From Piedraia hortae CBS 480.64 (taxonomy: Eukaryota), in the NCBI GenBank assembly GCA_010093745.1, contig MU005995.1, forward strand, positions 124,001 through 165,103: a DNA stretch of 41,103 bases. The letters are read 5' to 3'. The notes under the pieces are model-generated. The model saw nothing but the letters and a program-made list of their open reading frames with translations, did no database searches and was not told the origin of the DNA. A program made the position numbers and the translations under genes. Positions 32,930-41,103 of the stretch are shown in pieces. The first letter of the stretch is position 1, and every line of letters starts with the position of its first letter.

Positions 32930-33320
32930 ATGGCAAGCAGACTCCCTTCATCCAAAGACCTCCCCCCCTAATAAGAACAGGAGAACCCCCACGAACGGCA
33001 ACAAACACTGCTAATGTCGCGGATCATCACCAACGTCGTAAGTCAATCATCGCTGAGGGGACATTCATCTCAGGAGGGGGGTTCACGAAATACTGAGGGT
33101 ATGATGAAAGGAAAAACTCAACGAAGCAATCTCCGTTCTCAACAAAAAACTCCAGGAGATTAACATCTACAACATGAATACAGAGCTTGCTGCGCAAATG
33201 TTTCGGAATTATCAGTCGAATGTGCTGTTTCATCTGGAAGGTGAGTTTTATGTTGAGAGAAAGAGAGAGAAGGATTAGGCTGATGGGGTAGCGACTGAGA
33301 GTTTGCGGGAACCTACTTAG
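32930..33320 (+). CDS. dad4: DASH/Dam1 kinetochore complex subunit Dad4, 72 aa, 4 exons: 32930-32932, 32981-33037, 33111-33240, 33292-33320
   Basis: The spliced product [72 protein letters not shown] is recognisably Dad4. Introns are 48 nt (GC-AG), 73 nt and 51 nt (GT-AG). Confidence 0.92.
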
Positions 33321-33420
33321 CTTCATACGGAGTTGAAGGTAGCTTGGCGCCACGAGCAGAAAACTTAATGATATCTTACCCCTCTCCTTTTCAACACCCC
33401 ACAATCACACTAATCCCTAG

Positions 33421-36400
33421 TTAAGAATTAACATCAACCATCTCCACATCCCCCTCCTCATTCCCCCCCTCCTCCAAATCCGTAAGTTCACTCCCAACGT
33501 CACTACTATCAAGTACACTCCCCGGCGCGCTCGTAACCGCCGATCCAATCCCCGACGTCACATTCCCCCCCGTCCCAGCCAACCCACCAACCTTCCCAAC
33601 GGCACTCTCCCCCGTCCCCCTCCTCACCAAACCTCCACTCACTTTCGCCGAAGGCGCCACAACCGCCTTTTCTGCACACGCCTTAATCTCCCTCTTACTA
33701 ACCCCAATCTTCCTCCTCTGCGGCGTCTCAGCCACCGCCGTCCCACTACCCGCACTAAGCAAATGACTCAAATCCATAACCGGATTCCTCTGCACTTCTC
33801 TCGCCCTCTCCTCCTCCTCCTGCCAAAGTTGCCTCCCCACAGAATCAAACAAGTACGCATACGCATCCCCAATGAGATCATCAATCGGCCCCGTCCTCGT
33901 CTTCAGTAACCCCGTATTAATCTTCTTCAGTTCAATCGCCTCACGAAGTGTATCCAATGCGCGATTCCTCCCTGTCTCTTGCGTAGCCTGCATCCATCTC
34001 TCCAGCGCCTCCTTCCTCTGTAGGAACATCTCATGCGAAATCGTGCTAAAAATCATCGTCTCGAACCCCTCCGGAATATTCCCATGAGCGCGCAGCAGCT
34101 TTAGGTACGCATTACATATCTCCTGCCAGACGAGGGTATGCTCAAACAGATCATGCGGTCGTCTCCGTACCCTTCGCGCTAGCATCTCTAGCCCCTGACG
34201 ATCTTCGAGTTGATGGAGGATTTTGGTGAAAAACCGGGTATAGCGGGAGGTGTAGACAAAATGTCGGCCAGGACGCTCACATTCTGGACGCCAGACTTGT
34301 AGTACCATGGTTTTGGTAAACATGTGTTTTGTCAATTCGTCTTTCGCGCCTAGAATTCCGAGGCTGGAGAAGTAGGTTGCGTCGCCGACAAGGCGGGTCG
34401 CGTGTTCATCGTAGATGATTTGTGCGGAGCGCGCGGTCATGCGGTGGTGCCAGTTGGACTTGTCCGCAGAGCGGAGGTGGTTGAGTATTGTGAGGATGTA
34501 GGAGGACCATTCGTCTATGTAGCGAGGGACGGTGGCCGGACGGGAGAAGGGCGTGTGGGAGAGGGTTGAGCTGGCTTTGGTGAGGTCAAGTTCGCCGCGG
34601 GTGACGAGTTTGTGCACGATGCTGACGAGTTTGTAGTGCGGTTCGAGGATGGGTTCTTTTTTGTCTTTTTTGGTGTCGGGGAGGAGATTGATGGATTCGA
34701 TGAAGATTTGTAGGACTTCGTCCGTGGTGGGGACGACGTCGTGGGGTTCGATGTCTCTGGCGGTGTGCATTTTCCAGAGACATTTCCCTAATGAGAATTT
34801 TAGGCGCCAGTCGGGCTGCTTTGTGCCGGCAAGGGCTCGCTGGTAGAGGACTTTGACTAGTTTCCAGACGGTGTATTCTTTCAGTGGTCTGAATGGCTGC
34901 CCCCTGCCCATGCCCGACTCGCGGGAGAAGAACTTCTCGCTGTCTTCCATCTGGAAGGCAAGCATGCGGAATGGTTCGCGTGAGCTGGCGTACAGCCTTG
35001 CGGCAAAATCTCGATACAGCTCAGTGAGCTTGTCAGAAGTCTGGGGTCCTATATCTGCGGAGCGAAGAGCCAGTGCTGTGGCGAGGGTGTAGCAATGGAT
35101 AGCCGTCCTCTGGAGCGCTGTGATCTCCTGCATGGAGTTGTTAAGTTTCTCGGCTGTCCAGACCACACTCTCTTCAATCTTAGTGTCGTGTGCCTGGGCA
35201 ACTCGAAACCAAGTCTCCCAGTTATCCATGTTATACTCCAGCTCTTGGTTGAAGTAAGCAATCGCTAGCCCAACGTCTTCGCTCGCCGTCGCCGCGCTCC
35301 TTTTCTGCGACCTAAACTTTGTAAGAGCCAGGTTGCCCATCAGAAAATACCACCCCTTTTCAGCTAGCGGAGCATCCTCCTTCCGGATGTGATATATTGA
35401 AAGATTACTACCCTGACCCTTTAGACAATTGAAGATATCCAGCGGGTTGATAGGCGACCTGAAAAACGCACGATAGATGTCACGATTTCTCAGGATCAGA
35501 TCCGTCGGCTTTTTGCGCGTCACAGCTGCGTGCACCGTTTCAATCGTATCCTTAAGTGGATGCTTGATGAGTTCCTTGACTGGGATCTTGTTTGCCTGTT
35601 CTAGCAAAAGATCCATTGCCTGCATTGCAAGGCCACGATCTAACAATGCATCAGGCGTGCAACGGTGGTCCATCAGCTCATAGGACGGATCCCGGAAGCA
35701 CTTCAATCCCGTCAGATCATAAAGAATCTGTGCCTGCTCAGTGTCGTATGTCGGGGCCGATTTCATATTGGCGAGTTCCTTGTTCATCATCCGCACAAAA
35801 GCGCGGTTGCATCGGCCACATATCCCGCGTATGCCCAGATTACGGTGCACACTGCACAGGAAGTCAAATTTGTCTCCTGTAGAATTCGGGTAGGCCTCGG
35901 GAGTTTGAGCTATTGCCTCTTGCAGCAGGCAATAGAGAATCATCCAAGTCTTGACCTGCATGTCCTGCAGCAGCGCCTTTGCATGATCAAGCGAGGGGTA
36001 AGAAAGCCCGTCTGGTTGCATGGGTGGCTTTGTCTGGCCAGTGCGAATCGAGTCTTCATAGACGTTGAACATCTGCATGAGCTGCATAACATCGGCGAAC
36101 ATTGCCAGGATTGATTTGAGCAGTGTTTCGTCGATGCAAGTCAGGGCATCCTCTGATTCACGAATAATCGTGTATAGATCTTGTACCGAGCCCTCCAGCA
36201 GACGGAGACATTTCAACACAGTTGACTTTTGGCTTTGGTCAGTACTTGAAACCGAACGAAGTTCAACAACGACCATTTGCATGATGCGGAAATGGCACAC
36301 AACGACCATGGGGTTGTACTCGATCAGCTGGTACGCCTTCAAAAGTCGTTCCCACAGCATGAGACGCACAGAAAGCTCGGAGCTTTTGATGAGGCCTACC

Positions 36401-38835
36401 AACTTGAGCGGAATCTGCGAGGCAGCAAGGGAAGCGTCGGGGTCATATGGTCCAGTGCTATCCTCATCTAACGCGAACAGCAATGGCTCAAGACTTTCAA
36501 TGACGCTTGCAGGGTCAGACATGTCTTGGTTGGCAACTCGATCGAGAAAATCGCGAGTGGTGAGCCTTGTCGTCTCACAATCTATCGTCGCCAGTGACAG
36601 AGAGCTCATGAAGGTATTGTTGGGTAGGTGTATAGCCGGCTCACCTGCTGAAGCCAACGTGGTTCGCAAATCTTTCATGCACTCAATGACGTGTTTTTGA
36701 TGAGCGCCAGGTACAGCGGCGATGGTAAAGGTACTTGCCCATAGAAACCGTAGGTTGAGTTTGTCGTTCAGAACTTTCTGCGGATCGACATTTGATTCTA
36801 CTCGAAGTTGTACAGCTTCACGGGCCAATTCTGCCCAACGCTCGAGGCGCTCAAACGGTGCGCTTTCGGCATCCTTATACTGCGACTCAGAGTAAAAATT
36901 GTCCAAGTGCAGTTCAAAGATTGCTTCGGCAACCTCTGCCACCTGGTCAACTTCCTGGCCATCTGCTTGACTAAAACTAGCCCGTTGCAAGTCCTGCTGG
37001 ATTTGCTGAAGAAAGAACTCGTCGAAGTAAACGAGAGCTGCAATCACCGCTTCTTTAAGCCGGTCAGACCACGCAAACCGCGAGTAATGGCTCTCTCCCT
37101 GACTTGGTCTCAGTAAACCGTTCGCAAGAAAGATGAGAGCAACTTCTTGCGGAAGAAACCATCCATCATTCACCATCGCAACGAGCCTATCCAAGCCTTC
37201 GTCTGTGAGCTCGACAGCACTGCCTGATTTCGATACACTGCTCGGTGTGCTAAACAGGTTTGCTTGGTCCGCAACGTTGGGCGCCTTCTTATCTTCGCCT
37301 TTCTGTAGTAGGACCGAGCACATGGGCTCGGAGAAGTTGTGGAAGAAGTCAGAAAGGAGCTGCTTAGCACCATGTAACGGGCCAGTAGAGGCACCCGGAT
37401 GCTTTCGAATGTCTTTCGCGCGTTCGAACCCACTCACGCCGACTCTTTCAAAAAGATTGCCCACGGTTACGTACATCCAATCATCGGCGCTCTGGATTTC
37501 GTTCAGCTGCTGCTCGCACTCCCAGCGAGCATTGGCTTCCATCATCGCTTGACGGTGACTGTTCTCGTCAACATTTGAGTCTCGTGCGCGCAGACGCTTG
37601 CTTTTCCCTCTGCCTTCTTCATTGCCATCCTGCACAAGGCCAGCTGCGTCAACAGAGCGTTTGCGAGCAATGGTGCTATGCTCGGCTTCAATTTGTGACT
37701 GGATGGTCAGGCTTTGGGTTGTTCCATCAACTTCCGTTATGGATACATCGGCCGTAAGTGAAGATACCGAGGTCTCCGGCTGGAGGTTTTGGACCTGAGT
37801 GTCGATTTCCATCGAGTTTGGTGGCGCTTCGATAGCGCCCGCAAGGGGTCTCGACTGCTCAGATGAGACGAATGAGATGGCTGAAGCGGGTGCAAGTCGA
37901 TCCTCCCGCTGCGCCTCCGGCAGTAAGTCTCGCAGTATGAACTCACCAACCTCAGTCCACGACTTCGGTGCCGTAAATGTGATTCTCTCTGGCGGGATCG
38001 GCTGATGGTCAGGTTCATCTGATCGGCTTCGTAGGGATTTCTCATACGCAGCAAGGCCATCGCAAGACAAAAGACGCTTTTTTAACGCCTCCGTAAGAAC
38101 CCTCGGTTTCCCAATCCCAAGCGGGGCAAGTTTCTCGGATAGCGAGTCTTGCAGCTCTACAATGAGACGCAATAGCCGCTCACTTGCAAGCGATTCCTCC
38201 AGTCCCAGCACAGCCAGAAAATCCTGCAGTCCCTCGCTGTCTTCACTCAGCACCGATTCCAAACAAAAGCGCGCAATGCGTTTACTGTCCAGCACCTCCC
38301 CCACCGTCGCCGTCTTGTCCCAGAGATCCAAATCGGTACTATCCTTATCCAGCGCTTGCACAAAGTGATAAAGTGCCTCAGCAGCTTCTCTGTGGATCTC
38401 GCCCAGCATCCCATCCCGGCCATCTAACCTCGAAACAAGATAATCCAGCTTAAACTGCCCATAACTCTTGTGACTTCGATGCAGGATAAGTGGCAGAGTA
38501 CTCGCTCCCGTCTCAAACCCACCATTGGCTGTGACATCTTCTCCGCCAACGATCTCATTCCACTGGCTGTCGTCATCGTCGACGGTAGGGCCGTAGAGCT
38601 CGATGCGCTGGAGTTCGGACTGCGACTCAGGATACTGAAAGATCTCCGACCGGAAAAGCTCCTGATAAGCTGCCGCTGCTTTATCAAACGACGCAGGTCC
38701 TTCAGCATGGTATTTGACCGCGCTTTGGTACAGCTTCAGCGCATCTTCGATCTGAAGCTCTTTGGTGTCGTCGATTTCAACGTCCGATTCGGAGTCGGAC
38801 TCTAAATTAAGCGCTTTCCAGCCTGTTGTCATCAT
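33421..38835 (-). CDS. hir3: Histone transcription regulator Hir3 (Cabin1 orthologue, HIR complex), ~1804 aa
   Basis: N-terminus WKALNLESD...DDTKELQIEDALKLYQSAVKYH, TPR-like RIARFCLE, and C-terminal LEPHYKLVSIVHKLV, DKSNWHHRM and WRPECERPGRHFVYT. The first 125 codons of the track ORF are probably non-coding. Confidence 0.92.
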   Translation of the reverse strand: MMTTGWKALNLESDSESDVEIDDTKELQIEDALKLYQSAVKYHAEGPASFDKAAAAYQELFRSEIFQYPESQSELQRIELYGPTVDDDDSQWNEIVGGEDVTANGGFETGASTLPLILHRSHKSYGQFKLDYLVSRLDGRDGMLGEIHREAAEALYHFVQALDKDSTDLDLWDKTATVGEVLDSKRIARFCLESVLSEDSEGLQDFLAVLGLEESLASERLLRLIVELQDSLSEKLAPLGIGKPRVLTEALKKRLLSCDGLAAYEKSLRSRSDEPDHQPIPPERITFTAPKSWTEVGEFILRDLLPEAQREDRLAPASAISFVSSEQSRPLAGAIEAPPNSMEIDTQVQNLQPETSVSSLTADVSITEVDGTTQSLTIQSQIEAEHSTIARKRSVDAAGLVQDGNEEGRGKSKRLRARDSNVDENSHRQAMMEANARWECEQQLNEIQSADDWMYVTVGNLFERVGVSGFERAKDIRKHPGASTGPLHGAKQLLSDFFHNFSEPMCSVLLQKGEDKKAPNVADQANLFSTPSSVSKSGSAVELTDEGLDRLVAMVNDGWFLPQEVALIFLANGLLRPSQGESHYSRFAWSDRLKEAVIAALVYFDEFFLQQIQQDLQRASFSQADGQEVDQVAEVAEAIFELHLDNFYSESQYKDAESAPFERLERWAELAREAVQLRVESNVDPQKVLNDKLNLRFLWASTFTIAAVPGAHQKHVIECMKDLRTTLASAGEPAIHLPNNTFMSSLSLATIDCETTRLTTRDFLDRVANQDMSDPASVIESLEPLLFALDEDSTGPYDPDASLAASQIPLKLVGLIKSSELSVRLMLWERLLKAYQLIEYNPMVVVCHFRIMQMVVVELRSVSSTDQSQKSTVLKCLRLLEGSVQDLYTIIRESEDALTCIDETLLKSILAMFADVMQLMQMFNVYEDSIRTGQTKPPMQPDGLSYPSLDHAKALLQDMQVKTWMILYCLLQEAIAQTPEAYPNSTGDKFDFLCSVHRNLGIRGICGRCNRAFVRMMNKELANMKSAPTYDTEQAQILYDLTGLKCFRDPSYELMDHRCTPDALLDRGLAMQAMDLLLEQANKIPVKELIKHPLKDTIETVHAAVTRKKPTDLILRNRDIYRAFFRSPINPLDIFNCLKGQGSNLSIYHIRKEDAPLAEKGWYFLMGNLALTKFRSQKRSAATASEDVGLAIAYFNQELEYNMDNWETWFRVAQAHDTKIEESVVWTAEKLNNSMQEITALQRTAIHCYTLATALALRSADIGPQTSDKLTELYRDFAARLYASSREPFRMLAFQMEDSEKFFSRESGMGRGQPFRPLKEYTVWKLVKVLYQRALAGTKQPDWRLKFSLGKCLWKMHTARDIEPHDVVPTTDEVLQIFIESINLLPDTKKDKKEPILEPHYKLVSIVHKLVTRGELDLTKASSTLSHTPFSRPATVPRYIDEWSSYILTILNHLRSADKSNWHHRMTARSAQIIYDEHATRLVGDATYFSSLGILGAKDELTKHMFTKTMVLQVWRPECERPGRHFVYTSRYTRFFTKILHQLEDRQGLEMLARRVRRRPHDLFEHTLVWQEICNAYLKLLRAHGNIPEGFETMIFSTISHEMFLQRKEALERWMQATQETGRNRALDTLREAIELKKINTGLLKTRTGPIDDLIGDAYAYLFDSVGRQLWQEEEERAREVQRNPVMDLSHLLSAGSGTAVAETPQRRKIGVSKREIKACAEKAVVAPSAKVSGGLVRRGTGESAVGKVGGLAGTGGNVTSGIGSAVTSAPGSVLDSSDVGSELTDLEEGGNEEGDVEMVDVNS

Positions 38836-39449
38836 AAGTTGTTGGGCATTGTACTGGATCGTTGATTGCGACGATGAGAGATAGATGTCGACACCCAATG
38901 TTCGGGAGTAACGCTTGACCCGTTTAGGGTTTAGCCGCATGGAGTGGCTTGTCAGCCGTAAGGTCTCGGGCCGTCCCGCATGAACTCCACATGCCCCACG
39001 TGCACTGACCGTTTTCACGCACAACTTTAAAAAATTGGAACACACAAAACAAACCCACGACAAATTCATCACAGGTTTAATGTCTTCATGCGGGGGACGG
39101 GCCTTTCCGTGAAGACAAGATTGGGTGTGCTGAAACTCCGCTATGAAGAGGAATCCGCTGTGTCCGGCGTCCACTATGTCCAGGTTTGACTGTACTGAGA
39201 ATCCTGTCAAATGGTCGAACCTCCCATCAAAGCGGCATGGGCACAGATGCTATATTCCTTGCGATAAAGATCAGAGTTACACCGATTCACCACTCTCACT
39301 GTCAATAACTGTGCAGCCACATGGCCCAGATGGCTCCTTCGGTACGTCTTCATGACAATCAATCCGACTTCGAAGCAAATGGAGGAGGTGATTGCATTGT
39401 TCACACTATAGCTCGAAGTTGGCGTTGCTTAAGACGTGAAGCGCAAACT

Positions 39450-40450
39450 TCATGCTGCTACGCCAGATTGTATATATAGTTGTCAATAAACCTTGGAGAG
39501 AGCAGATATTCTTTAGTGAACGATGCTCACAATGGCCATCGTCAGACGCGAGATGGCCTCCAGACTGTAACGACGGAAATTCCCAACGACTGGTTCAAAG
39601 GGGACGCCATCAGCCGGTAGGGCACAATGACCTGACGGAACGATGCGGAGGCGCGGATATGATATTCACGGTGCCGAGACATCAGAAGAGGGGTCTCCCG
39701 GATGTATATGAGGCGCTCCTCTGGGTCGAATGACAACATGGAACACCGTGCAAGGTCACTTTCCATCCGACCGATAATCCCATGACACATTCGTGGCAGG
39801 TGCTCCTACGCCTCCTGGTCAAGTTTCTTCAAAGACCCGAGATGCAGGAATTTGAGAACGCACGTCTCTGATCAGTTTTTTGATGGGATGTCGCGATCAC
39901 AGCGCCAACTGGGCTACGGTAACGGATCACATTAGAGCGAAGACAGGAGGGACCACGCGACACTCAGGCTGCAGACGGCCGAAGAGGTGACTCGCCAGCG
40001 GTATCGTATGATGCACGTGTACGTGCGATGCACCGCCTCAGGCTGGGAGTACATCGGCCATCGTGTCTTTCCCGAGTTACGCCGGGAAGACACTACTGCG
40101 CCCAGGTCAGAACAGACAACAGCTCCGCTTCTGTGAGGATTGCGATTTTTTTCACCAAATCAACTTTAGCTGTCACTGGTGACGCGCAAACCAACAAAAG
40201 CGACAGCATTGCTGTTACGGGCGTGCAGTCTGCGTCCACTGCACCTACATACAATCTGACGCTGCCATCCCCTTCCTTCATCAAAAGAGTTCACAATCAC
40301 CTCCTTTGTTCCATGCCCAAAAATCTTCGTCAAGCAATGTGATCTCTCCATCGCTCGGTTATCTGCAAGCTTCTTCTCAAAACAACCCGCGAACCTCAAC
40401 TTACCTTTACGAACCGCCAACCAAGTTGAAGAAGCGATCTGATCGGCCGA
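39450..40450 (+). pseudogene. Highly decayed hAT-like transposase remnant
   Basis: Collinear weak motifs in shifting frames: DVYEALLWVE, FFDGMS (DxW-like) and LAVTGDAQTNKS...TYNLTL (GDNxxTN...CxxHxxNL-like). Confidence 0.35.
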
Positions 40451-40788
40451 AATGTCTCGGCCACTTAGTCGGTGATACGAGCCCAGTTTCCTTGTTGCAT
40501 CTCACCACCGGTGCATTTGTTCATAGTCCAGCTGCTGCGCAGCTTTTTAGTCTTTTATGTTCAATTCATCTCTTCACGCTTTTAACACCCAATATTCAGT
40601 TGCAGGCCCGTATCTAAGCGACCAAATCGGAAGGCCCATGGACCCGTTCGTCGATCGCTATCAAACCTGGAGAAACAGCATCCACTCTTCTGTTATCTTG
40701 TGCTTTTTCTCCCCTCCCAAGTCCCATCAGCCGTGTCTTGCTACCGTAACACCTTGTGCACACCGACCGGTCTATGGCCCCCGTTTAG

Positions 40789-41103
40789 TGTAGGTATTTA
40801 GCTCTCGTGGGTGAGAGTGCACAGCGACCCGAAGAGGGCGGAGCGATAGACGGAAACAGGGACAGGAAAGATGTAGATGTATGTAAGTCAAAATACCAGT
40901 TGCAGCATGGTAGCGTGAATGACTATTTTTCAATAAGGGGACGTTCAGAATGAAAATTCTGTTCCGGTGGGCCGGTGACGTCACGTCGTACACTAGCGGG
41001 GCGTATTCACCATGTCACATATGACATGACCCTGAGGGAAAACCTCTGTGAGGCAAAAACCTAGGGTGCAGCTGGTAGTGTAGGAGGTATCGCTGACTTG
41101 TGT
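40789..41103. mobile_element. Second copy of the same LTR family, truncated by the window end
   Basis: Aligns collinearly and in the same orientation with 26329-26654. Shared blocks include CCGGTGGGCCGGT, ACGTCACGTCGTACACTAGC, CCATGTCACATATGACATGACCCTGAGGGAAA and AAAAACCTAGGGTGCAGC. Starts TGTAG. Confidence 0.9.

Noticed and set aside
38923..38934. TTTAGGGTTTAG telomere-like motif upstream of hir3
   Set aside because: Fewer than two units; expected by chance.
38836..39210. 125-aa N-terminal extension of Hir3; similar upstream extensions of Slh1, She4, the PPR protein and the kinesin in the ORF track
   Set aside because: Family similarity begins at the downstream ATGs, and most extensions rely on non-ATG starts not normally used in fungi.
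26329..41103. A single composite LTR element carrying slh1, dad4 and hir3
   Set aside because: The left LTR has its own TSD on both sides, the copies are clearly diverged, no gag/pol lies between them, and the enclosed genes are core housekeeping genes.

Overview
Eukaryotic DNA from a very gene-dense filamentous ascomycete. Introns are short (45-73 nt, CTRAY-type branch sites) and intergenic gaps are tiny; the species cannot be determined from this window. There are two conserved-gene blocks. Block 1 (0.4-13 kb) holds an SCI1-like nuclear protein, an orphan ORF, a PQ-loop membrane protein, a She4/UNC-45 UCS myosin chaperone, an intron-containing tRNA-Leu(UAG), a small ORF, an SDR oxidoreductase, a kinesin and a mitochondrial PPR protein. 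Block 2 (26.8-38.8 kb) holds an Slh1/ASCC3 helicase, DASH subunit Dad4 (missed by the ORF track) and Hir3. Between them lies an accessory region (13-26.7 kb). It contains a 933-bp element with perfect 63-bp terminal inverted repeats, a decayed ORF with tyrosine-recombinase-like motifs, other decayed transposase-like fragments, one intact BTB-domain gene with a ~290-aa Q/G/H/N-rich prion-like repeat tail, a perfect 15-mer satellite, and a solo LTR with a 5-bp target-site duplication. A second LTR copy lies at the right edge. All family assignments come from motif recognition by eye; no database searches were run.
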